This document shows positions 1-12,312 of a stretch of 64,000 nucleotides of DNA, one piece after another (the first letter of the stretch is position 1; each line of letters starts with the position of its first letter). A program made the position numbers and the translations under genes. Origin of the DNA: Dimorphilus gyrociliatus (taxonomy: Eukaryota; Animalia; Annelida); contig CAJFCJ010000002.1 in assembly GCA_904063045.1 (NCBI GenBank), forward strand, positions 3,033,891-3,097,890, in the 5' to 3' direction. The notes beneath the pieces are model-generated. The model was not told the DNA's origin and did no database searches. It was given only the letters and a program-made list of their open reading frames with translations.

Positions 1-248
1 TTACTTTCAGAATTTTTTTTGGCAATGTCAAAAAGAAAGAAGGACTTTGTGGTGTAAAAAATTGTTTTTGTGACGTACAAGTTACATCACTTCCGGTTTA
101 AAATCGCGTAATTATTCGGGAGAACATTTAACATAACTGATAACTATTTTGTCAGCAGACAACTAGGTAGATGTGAATAATAGAATTTTAATGAAAATTT
201 GTATTTATTCTAGTTTTAGAAGATCGTACATGATAATTAAACATACTT

Positions 249-1694
249 TTAAATCATTGCCAACTTTGCAGCTTTAAATTTTTCAATAAGTTCTTCTCTA
301 ATTTTCTCGGAACAAAAAGCACTTTCTATACCATAGAAAAATGTTTTCCAAATATTCTCTTTGGACAAATTAAAAATTTTTTGAGCAATTTCAATTTCTT
401 TTGACAGGCTTGTTCTAAAAACTCCTTTATCGTCCGTCTGAAAGATAGATTATTAATCAGCCCTTGCTAACATTATATTATTAAGTTTACATACGCAAAT
501 TATAATTGGATGTTTTATGTCATTCCAATAACTAAAATGATGATCTTCTAAACTTTTTACAGTATTTGTAAGGAAGTTGGAGGTTAAACAAATTTCTAGA
601 GAATTTATATTGTACAAAGAATGAAATTAAAGCAAACCTATTTCTGAACAATCTTACCAAGAGGTATTCTGTTCTTCTTTATGAAATTTACATATTTGTC
701 TTTTCCACCCACATCTGGATGTAAATACGTACCATGACCAATTCTATCGATTCCCATTCCGAGAATATCTTGGACTTCTTCAACCTTTTCTTTAATTTCT
801 GCCAGATGAATTGCTATTTGTAATCCTCTCTCTTTAGCCTTTCTTAACAGGGGAATGAAGTCTCTCGCATCGTTTTTCTATTATTAAATAGGCATAAATC
901 ATTAAACTTTCGAAAGTTTATAACTCACAGACGGATCACCACTCAAGTCAATTCCTACTATTGTATCTCTAGCCTCTCTATCCTTGTCCAACATTTCGCA
1001 TAATACTGCAAACGAATTTTCTGCATCTTCTATACCTCTCCCTCTATCAAGAGAGACAAGAAATTTGACTATAATATCCATATTTCTGCAATTTTTTATT
1101 CCTTGCAAAACAGCGCGAATATATTGGCTCTTGGTCATGCAGTCTTTTGCAGACCTTGGAGTTGATCTTAATTCCAAATACTTGACATTTTCTTTATGAA
1201 AATCTTTGATAACCAACTCAGTAATCTTTTGAATATCTTTTGGCGTTCTTGAAAGGCTTTGAATGATTTTAAAGACCTGAAAAACTCTGCAAAGATAAAG
1301 AATAAGAATTTGTAACGACTTTAAAATTTTCCATTACTCCTTGATTGACCGTTTATTTCCACTGTGAATAAGACTATTCCATTTATCTAATGTGTCACTG
1401 TCCAATGCCGGATTTTCATCTTTCGCAGTTTCTATAAGATAGCTTATAGCTTCATCACTTAAGGAGCCGCTGATATGGGCATGTAATTCCTAAAATTAAA
1501 ATAAAGATACATAATATCGCCCATCGATTTCAGAAGTAATTTTGATAAAGTTGAAAGAAATTCAAAACATCATTCTTTCTCTTTCCTTTATCAAGAAAAT
1601 ATTGAACATAATGAATACTTACAACTTTAGGGAGGCGTTCTATGTATTCGCTACTGACGTTAGCTATGTCATTTCTTACTGAGATGCCGGCCAT
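249..1694 (-). CDS. ADAL: Adenosine deaminase-like protein (N6-mAMP deaminase, MAPDA), 6 coding exons
   Basis: Spliced translation MAGISV...RLPKV|ELHAHISGS...YLELRSTPR...GIDLSGDP...IAIHLAE...DRIGHG...EICLTSN...C|TDDKGVF...AMI*. Metal-binding HxH, HxxE and TDD motifs are intact and all introns are GT-AG. Confidence 0.93.
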
Positions 1695-2148
1695 CGTTAA
1701 AAATGGTTCTAATTATATGTGGAGTCCTGTTAATAACTGTAATCTATTCCCTTTTAAATATTTACTCTAATATAATTCATATAATAAATTAAACAATAGC
1801 CAATTATTTATTTATAAATAATATTTATATATTGTATAAATTAACCTTTATAATTACTTTATACTGCATAAGTGAAAACACTTCTTAAGAGTATACAGTA
1901 TATTCCATTAGAAAACCTCCTTACGTCTCCTTTGGAAACTGGAAACGTCAGTCAGATAAAAAACAGAAGATTATGAATAATTTATGAATAGTTTGTTTAT
2001 TCACTTGGAAATTTTGATGATAAATTTACAAAAAAAAGACTTAATAGTCTCAAATATGCTGATAAAAAGAAGCAGGAGTCTTATTGCAAGTGAGAAAAAG
2101 TCCAATGCTTGAGGAGTTTTTAATCTTGTAATAATTCTTAAGAAATTT

Positions 2149-4022
2149 CTAAATGCTAGATGCTGCAGTGGAGGCGTTTACCTGCTGTTCTTTCCTTATA
2201 TCCTGGGTTATCTGCGTTAAATCTTGAATAAATTGTTGTATTCTTGTCAGCTGTTCGTAGGTGTCTTCTACATGTGGTGTAGCTTGTTTTTGATGTCGAG
2301 ATACTAGCATGTAGAGGTTATGAGTTGCCCTAGGTAAAACAATATGGTCAATACAAGATGCTCTTTTTCAAAATATAGAATGATTTTTATGATATTTGTC
2401 TTATTAACTTACATCTTAATTCGACCTAATAAAAGAGTCTTTTTGGCTGCTGTGTTCTTAATATGGGTCCATTTACTTTCCCATTTTACAGCTTCACTTT
2501 GTGTTTTATCCAATTTTGTTTGGAGCGTAGCTAGCCTATTATTATAATTAAGAATCTCATTATTCTTTTCTTCAATATATCTCAATTTTTTCGTCTTTTG
2601 TTTTTCTAATCTATCTTGATTTTCTTGTTCCCTATTCATTAAATCCTATTAAAAAACAAATTAAAATGATTACAATGACTATTAATAGAAATCTATTGAA
2701 TGTTTCTTCTTTACTTGATGAGTTGTAATGAGTGTATCGTGCCTGGCAAGAATTTCTCGAATTTCTTGAAATTCTTCAGCTGTTTCAACTACTTTTTCCA
2801 TATATTTTTGATATACAAGATGTCTTTCCATTTTTTCCTAACGTTTAAGGGACAGTTGTTTAATAAGTCGAGTACTAATACAAACATATGAAGTTACCTG
2901 TAGTTTCTGTTTCTGATCTGATAATTCTTCAGAGTCTGATTTTAATCTAAGAAAATAATTATATTTTAATTTTTTGAAAATGAAATTTTGTGTTTTAGGA
3001 ATGAACTACAAATAATTGACACTGCAATAGAGGCTTTAAAAGTGTTGATGCAAACATTCAAGCACAAACTGGAAATAAATTAGGTTAAGAAGGATGGGTA
3101 AAGATAGATTAGCAAACGCTCTCTCTTTAAATTTCAACCTTTTTATATCGTTTTCCTTCATTTTGCATATTTGTTCTTCCTCGGATTTCTTCTTTACAGC
3201 TCGAGCTTTTTTAGAATCATTTTCCTGCACACAACATTTAGCATAGTTGATAGAATTTTTACAATAGTGATAGAATATGTTTTCATTAAAATCATCTCAG
3301 TTTGAATCATTTTGAAAAAAATAGCAAAATATTCGACTTCCTAGTATGATTTAGTAAAAAGAAAAGACTGCTTGAAGGCGAATATTATTATTTATTTTTT
3401 TTTTTGTAAGTAAGAAGTAACGGTTTGATCATCTATTAAACTTCTATCCTATTCTCAAGTATACCTTATTAATTCATATTCCTTATTTACAGAAATGTCT
3501 TTTTCAACAGTAGCTTTGCGTAAAGCTCGTCTACGTTTTTCATCATTCTCCTATTTAATCTTGATAAATTGTATTTTTTGTATCAAAGCGAATATCTACG
3601 TACAAACCTTTAAGAATTTATCGAATTTCAATAAAGATTCTTTCAATTGATACTCCTTTCTTTCTAGTTCTTCTCGGCGTTGTTGCAAACTTTCCATTTT
3701 CATTTGAAACTCCTAAATTATAGAAATTAGAAAAGAAAATATTTAATATTGTTATAGACTTTATAGTATTCTGTCGAAAATGTAGCATTAATTAAACTTA
3801 ATACCTCTTTCTGAGCTGCCAGAGCTTGTTCGACTTCTGTCATTTCTCGACGTTTCTCTAAAAGCCTAGTAGCGGGAGTTAGATGATCATCTTCCCGCTC
3901 TGGCATCTTGCTGTAAAGATATATTTTATTAAAAACAGTCGTAAATTTATTGTATTAAATTCTTACATGAGTAATTTATCCTCAAAAGTGTGGCGGAAAT
4001 ATTCATTTAAATCGATAGCCAT
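2149..4022 (-). CDS. CCDC42: Coiled-coil domain-containing protein 42 / CFAP73 family (ciliary), with a pair of mutually exclusive exons at 3465-3550 and 3139-3224
   Basis: MAIDLNEYFRHTFEDKLL|KMPEREDDHLTPATRLLEKRREM...LKESLLKFDKFLK|END... and AAKKTLLLGRIKM|ATHNLY match the DUF4200-containing CCDC42 family. Frame was checked across exons. Confidence 0.88.
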
Positions 4023-4107
4023 TTTTAATGCTTTAATCTCACGTTGTTACTTAAGGCAATTTGGATAAAATTTTGTATGGAAAACTTGAAGTTCACAGAT
4101 GTTTGTC

Positions 4108-4121
4108 GTTGCTATGGTAAT
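4108..4121. promoter_or_regulatory. RFX X-box upstream of CCDC42, in the shared CCDC42/NIPSNAP promoter
   Basis: GTTGCTATGGTAAT matches 11/14 of the canonical GTTGCCATGGCAAC and lies about 85 bp upstream of the ATG of a ciliary-family gene. Confidence 0.65.
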
Positions 4122-4233
4122 TTAAGGGCGAAATATTCTTTAAAAACATAGAGTAGTAGTCTGGCAATTGTATTTCGTCTAAAACGTATCTCAAATATTG
4201 AAGTCGAATCAAAACCAGATTACGCTGTTGAAG

Positions 4234-6463
4234 ATGTCTGCCCTTCAAACTATTAGCAATCATTCTTTGCGAAATTGTATTCGACTATTCGGTGTCTCAT
4301 CGTCCAATCTTTACAAATCTTTGGGACAGAGGTATCTCTAAGATTTTGCATCAAAACCAGTGCAAAGGCGTCTTAAACAATACAACTATTCGATTTTTTT
4401 ACTTAAGGTCTTTCTCTCAAAAACAAGAGGGTATTCCTGCAGCTTCAGATAACCTAGGATGGTTCAAAAAACTTTTACCTATCAGGAGTATCGATCCAGG
4501 AAAAGAGTCACATTCGGTCCTTTTAGCAGAGAAGGAAATCGTTTATGAGCTACAATGTTTGTTTTTTTCATAAATTATTTAAACAAAACATTAGATTCGT
4601 TAACAATTACAACTAGCGAAGTAATAGGCCTACAAGTAAATATTTCGCTATTCGAACCCGGTAAAAGAATTAAGAGAACTAATTAAGAATGTTGAAGATA
4701 TAAATTTATTTGTGTAAAAATTTTTTGCAGTTCATCAAGTTAAACCAGAATTTATGGTAGAATATCTGAAGGAATTGTAAGAAGTGTTAAACGAACGATT
4801 ACTATTCAATTTCTTAATTTAAAATATTTTTAATAATAAGCGAAAATTTCGTTTCGATTACCACTGAGAAAAAAACCGGGGCCGAGCTAGTCGGTAGTTG
4901 GACAGTTGAAATTGGAGATCAGGACGAAGCAGGTCAATTAAATTGAAAAAACGAACATTTGTATTTTAATCAAGTATTTGAATAATTTATTAGTTCACTT
5001 ATGGAAATATCCTGGAGGATATGAAGTTCTTAACGAAGCAACGGAAGTATATCGGACTGATCCAGTAAGACAAAATTGAAAGGCAAATTCGATTATTTTT
5101 ATTTCAAGTTTACTTATTTATCAGCAATTGGAAAAATTTCGTTTAAACCGAAATAAAATGCTTAGATCTAGAAAAAATCAGATTCTCTTGGCTTTTAGCT
5201 TCTGGGGCGAACCGAAACAACGACCAGCCGAAAAGAACATATATGAGTTACGTAGCTATGTTTTGAAGGTAGTTTGAATAAGATAGTTGACAAAAAAGAT
5301 TGTATTAACATTTCATTGTATTATTCATAGCCAGGTACTATGATTGAATGGGGAAATAATTGGTAAGCATCTGGACAAATTTTATTAGATTCTAGGCTAC
5401 AATCAGTGCACTATAGGATAAAACTAGAGGAATAGGATTAAAGCAAAAAATACTTGAATAAGATTATTAATACTATTTTGTAATTCTTACGCATTAGGGC
5501 TCGTGGACTGCGAGCTAGAAAAATGTACAATGAAGCTGTAGCTGGTTTATTCACGCACATTGGTGACTTATATACCATTCACCATATGTGGGGTAAGATT
5601 ATTATTATTAGGCATCTCTGCGATCTGTTGTGAAGTGTACATAGCCTTGCTAGACTTTTTCACTTTTGAATACTATAAAAAAACAACAAAAGTTATTTCC
5701 ATGAATGTTACAACTATCATATTAGTAATTGTGTGTTCTTTTCTCCCTTCCCGATATACTTCAGAGTTCTTTAGAGTGTTCCTCTGCTTTTTCATAGATA
5801 TTTATCTATATTTGAATTATTTTGTTTTTTAACTTTTTTTTCTTTCTATCATAATTATTTCACTCTTATCAATGAAGCATAAGCTTATATTGTAGGTTTT
5901 ACGATATTTACTGATGATAGAAGAAAGTTATAAATGTTAAAAAAAAAACAAAAACCACAAAAATTTTCCTGATGTCGTTAGTAGGTAGTTCTTTGTCGTA
6001 AACTAACAGGGCAAGAGGTCTGAGATTTAGAAGGGAATCAGACGAACCAGTCGGAGGATTTTTCAGCCACATTGGTGACGGACACCACGTTCATCATTTT
6101 TGGGGTAAGATCGAATAACGTCGGGAAAAAGAAGTTCATTTTTATTTTTCTAGTTTCTTTCTTTTTTTTCACGATTTCCTAAACTAACTTTGAACCAAAT
6201 TAACTAAATTAAATTAAAACTAGTATCGAAACTATTAATTTTCTTCATTTAGCTTATGATAACCTGCACGAGAGGAAGAGAGTTAGAGAGGCTGCTTGGA
6301 GACGACCAGGATGGGATGATTGTGTTGCGTATACAGGTGAGATCTTTAAAAGCTGATAGAAAATAATATTGCAATCTAAATCTTGTATTTTTTTAAAGTA
6401 CCACTAATCAGGCAAATGAAATCAAGAATTCTAATACCAACTCCGTTCTCGCCACTACAATAA
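4234..6463 (+). CDS. NIPSNAP: Protein NipSnap (NIPSNAP1/2-like, mitochondrial), with mutually exclusive exons at 5498-5592 and 6010-6104
   Basis: N-terminal targeting-like peptide, then [31 protein letters not shown]|[17 protein letters not shown]|[11 protein letters not shown], and [15 protein letters not shown]|[21 protein letters not shown]. Confidence 0.95.
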
Positions 6464-6898
6464 AGAGCCAAAATTTTGATTTGTTAGTTTCGCTCCTGTT
6501 AAAAACTAACTGAGAATGCAGTGAACATAATATTTCCTATATATTCACATTACATGTGAGGTTTTTGCAATAAAGGAAGCGCTGATTAGACTTAAATAAA
6601 ACAAACTTTCCGAATAATCTTTACTTTCAAGTCATATTTTATAAAAATTCACAAAAGGCGAATAAGTACATTTGATAGTCGTTAAATACATATTAAATAT
6701 TTCATTTTATAAAAAGCATGTTTATTTCAATATTTGAAAGGGTTTTGTCAATTATATTCATATTTCTTTTTGAGAAGTTACGATCGAAAAGTCTTAATAA
6801 CTTCGTATTAAAGCTGTATTACCGCATATTTTCATCAATATGCATTAGTTTAAAAAATCGTCTGCTAAAGCATAACTGGTAGTAGTTGCACGGCGAAA

Positions 6899-8497
<1,599 letters not shown>

Positions 8498-8651
8498 AAT
8501 GCTTTTTAAAGAAAATAAACAGTTTTGTAATAAATAATATTTATAACTTGAATGGTGTATTCATAACTTTTGTCCGTAATTATACGATATATTAACTTGT
8601 TTGCACTTTACATCTTGAGAAATGTACAACTTTAAAAGAATTATTAGCATC

Positions 8652-9406
8652 TCAAACAACGCCCCATTGTTCTTCAGCAGCTGTACACAATTTTGCACAG
8701 GACAGAGCAGCCGAAAGGGGGTAAGAGCTGAACGACATACAGTTTTCAGTATATTCAGGAGAAACAGATCCCTTTGCAATTGCTCCTATAACAAAAACTA
8801 CTGGTCTATCTGGTCCTAATATTTCAGATGAATTCATTACGTCTCCTTTAAAAGATGTAGAGAATTTAGGGCAACCCGTTGGTAAATGATCTGTTATTGG
8901 ATTCTTAATAACTTTCAAAAGTTTTTGAGGCCTGTCAGCCGCTGAAACACTGAGTTTATGGAGAAGCTGTACCATAAGACCGCAAAACCTGTCAAACGTA
9001 CGAGGAATACGCGTTTGTGGGTTCACTTCAATAAGAATATTCTTTTGGGTATGGATATAAATTTGTAGTTTTCCAGCTCTGTTCAGAGGGCTATCTAACA
9101 GCATCATAAGGCATTGATGCGTTATATCGGGTCTGTAATCTGAAGGATCCTTGCGAAATTTCTTCAAAAGTCCTTTATGCTTGTCACTAGTTAGCAGTTC
9201 GTAGTCTTTACCAACCTAACGTGTGGACGAAAATAAAGATCAGGACGAAAAAAATAGATTTATACCTTTGCCGTCTCCAATGAAGCGCCCTCCAGAACAA
9301 CTATAAGACGTCTTTCCTGATCCCTATCATGCAGTGATCGTAGGTGATTGGGTACTTTCAATTGTTTTTCAACTCGTGTCTGCTCAGATTCCTCGTGGTC
9401 GGTCAT
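8652..9406 (-). CDS. EMG1: Ribosomal RNA small subunit methyltransferase NEP1 (SPOUT), 2 exons
   Basis: RRLIVVLEGASLETAK|VGKDYELL...RPDITHQCLMMLLDSPLNRAG...PRTFDRFCGLMVQLLHKLS...YPLSAALSCAKLC. Confidence 0.97.
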
Positions 9407-10046
9407 GTTTGATTGTTAGCGGGGTAAAACACTCAGTTTTCACCGCAGTGAATCTTATTAATATTCATGAAATACTTATAAATATTCTTGGAGAGCTTTT
9501 AACCAATCATAAACTTTCTTATATGAGCTCATCAATAATTTATCGATAGATGGCGCTGTCAACGCGAAAACTTTTTCTTTTTTTTATAACTTTTTATTGA
9601 AAGGTTGAATTGTATTTATTGTTACAAAAAAGAGAAAGAAATTAAGAGAATTACGATTGCCTGAAAGTTTTTTTGTTTGAAAAATAAAACAAAATGATCG
9701 ACAAAGCCATTAAAAAAAAATGATAAAATCACATTTCAGGTTGTGATTTCAACATAAAATAGTTGAAACATTCATCGATAAAATTAGCTATCACAAAATC
9801 ACGTATTCTTAAAACATACTATCAAACTATATTTACTTTTTTCAAGTGTGGCACAATGCAATTTCTTTTTTTACATACGAAAAAAACGTTAACTTTTTCA
9901 ACCTAAAAAATTTTAAGCACCATGTAAAGATAAGGAGTTGTTTTTTATTGTTACTGTCCAGTTAAGAAGGAAAAAATTATTGTAGAAAAATAGAACTATT
10001 TGTGTGTTTTTTTGGTTAAACTTGTCCTGAAATTGTTAGGTGAGAA

Positions 10047-12270
10047 TTAGGAATAATAAATACCAGTTTCAAGTTTGAATGACAAACCGCTATGATTCGC
10101 TAGAGTCCTACTTCCATCGTGGTATTGATATGCGTTTGGTAATGATGTTATAGTCTCTTCAAAGGTTGGTATCACGCCGTGAAAAGTACCTCTGTGAATC
10201 TATGAATGGAAGTATTGCAATTTTTTATTATTATTGCGTGGAAACATCTATAAAGACTAATTCTTGAAGTTTTTTTTACTTACTTGACTCCTTTGGTGCT
10301 CCATATTACAACTCATCATTTGTACTGTATCTGTTGCAGGTGCATTACCATCTTGTGGATATATTGTTCCATTGTTAGGATGAAAATATCTTGGCGTCAT
10401 TTCTTGACTGTACATGTCGTACTCTTGAGCCATCATATGACCGTAGTTGGGAGGAGGCTGCTGCTGTGGCTGAACGACTTGTTGCTGCACAGGCATTTGT
10501 TGAATATTAGCTGCCGCACCTTGGACCATATTGCATTGCTCCTCTAACATATGGTTGGGATTTTGCAGTGGTGGAGAATAGTGATCATAAGCGGAGGATA
10601 GTTTTGTACCCGACAATACTAAAGATTGAGCTTCTCCCATGCTTATTTGCTGTTGACGCCTATGAGTGACCAGGTGTTGTCCATGGCTTGGGACGAATCC
10701 AGCACCCAATCTATAAGAGTAATGATTAAGAAGATCAGATAAAAGTAGATCATTTTTTTTCTTTTAACCGCGTATAAAAAATTGCCTCTCTTTTCCTCTC
10801 TCGTTCTATTGTTAATTTTGAGAGTCAATGAATTGCCTAGTCAATTATTCAAAAACTCGTCTACTGAGATATTGGTATTCTTCACCCTCTCTATTAGACT
10901 GTTGAATGACTATTCTATGGCATTTCTTCGTAATTATACGTTACTAAAAGTGCGCATGAAAAGGTTATACTATTTATGTTAAGCGCTCAAACAGTTGAAA
11001 AGAAGTACGTGGGTTAAATTTTGAATATTTTCAAATTAGTCGTTTAAAAGTGATTAAAGTAATTTGTAAGAAAAAACGAAGTTGTAGAAATGAATTTTTA
11101 GATATAGCCTCTTTGCCTTGTTGTTTTATAACAAATGATAGTGTATATAATACAGTATATATGAACAAACTGAGGGGCGTGCTGCAAACTTTCAACAGAT
11201 TTTACGGTTCATACAACTGTCTGAATGAAATGAATTGTTTGCTCGTAACCCGGTGATCGCAAAAATCAGGTCAATAAAACTAGTTTTATAATTGAAATGA
11301 CCTCTTTTCGATTCGTTAAATTCATCAATTGCTTCCCATACGAGTTTATCACAATTGCTCAGCGAGGTGTCGCCACTCGCACAAAAGACATCTTCCTATC
11401 AGCCTATAATTAGGAGAATATATACTCGCTACTTCCTGACTTTATTAGCTTTGGTTAACGCCGAGGGACGTTGAAAAAAAAATTTCTTTATTAAATGAAT
11501 AAAAAAATGCCCCAGCGTTCACCTTATTGGTCGTCAAAGAAAGCTTTCGATAAAGGAGTTTGATTTTTTTCCGTTTTACAATGGATAATAAAAGTCGGCA
11601 GATGGTAGCACAATCGCTACAACCGGCCCCCCTCTCCCCTAACAATTTAGATTATAATCTTTACCTATTGATAAAAAGAGTAAGAAAAGAAATCTTTCCA
11701 ACTCTTATAGAAAATTTTACTTAATTTCTTACCTCTGTTTGTGACCGTAAGCAATATTTTCTGGTAATTGCGAATGTGAATTATAAACTGTTCTTTCGTG
11801 ACCGGGACCAAATTGCATCTGCTCGTATTGAACAGCCTCTTGCTCTTCAACGTTACCAATACCCGTTATATTCATACATGGCGTCAGCGATTCTGGTAAA
11901 CGATCTTTTGGTCCTTTAATCTGTATATATTTAATACAAAATAGAATAATTGTATTATAAAGAGATTTATATTAATATATAATTTATATATACATTTCGA
12001 CGAAAGAGCTAGATATACAATACATTAAGTATATATGTATATAATTAAAATAGAAATCAAAAGCCTTTAATTGCTATACTTGAACAGTCTATTTATTAAG
12101 CAGGTATATAATCAAAAGAAATGTTCCTATAACCTTGAAATATAAATGATTTTGCTCCTAAGAAATCCTTCTCCTTTCTTTTATATTTTAAATAAGAAAA
12201 GAATTATTAATTATTCAAGAAAGAAAAGAGACGAAAGATTAAAAACTCTTTATGGATATGTTTGTTTGTG

Positions 12271-12312
<42 letters not shown>

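Noticed and set aside
1-110. Possible terminal exon of a plus-strand gene at the left edge (TTTCAG acceptor at 5-10) and an ETS motif ACTTCCGG
   Set aside because: All three frames give short, unrecognisable peptides; cannot be resolved without upstream sequence.
4640-4665. tRNA B-box-like GGGTTCGAAT on the minus strand
   Set aside because: No A-box, no T-stem closure, no cloverleaf; lies in a NIPSNAP intron.
5673-5795. 40-aa antisense ORF ([12 protein letters not shown]...) nested in the NIPSNAP inter-MXE intron
   Set aside because: Short, no recognisable motif, and explained by the pyrimidine-rich intron read in reverse.
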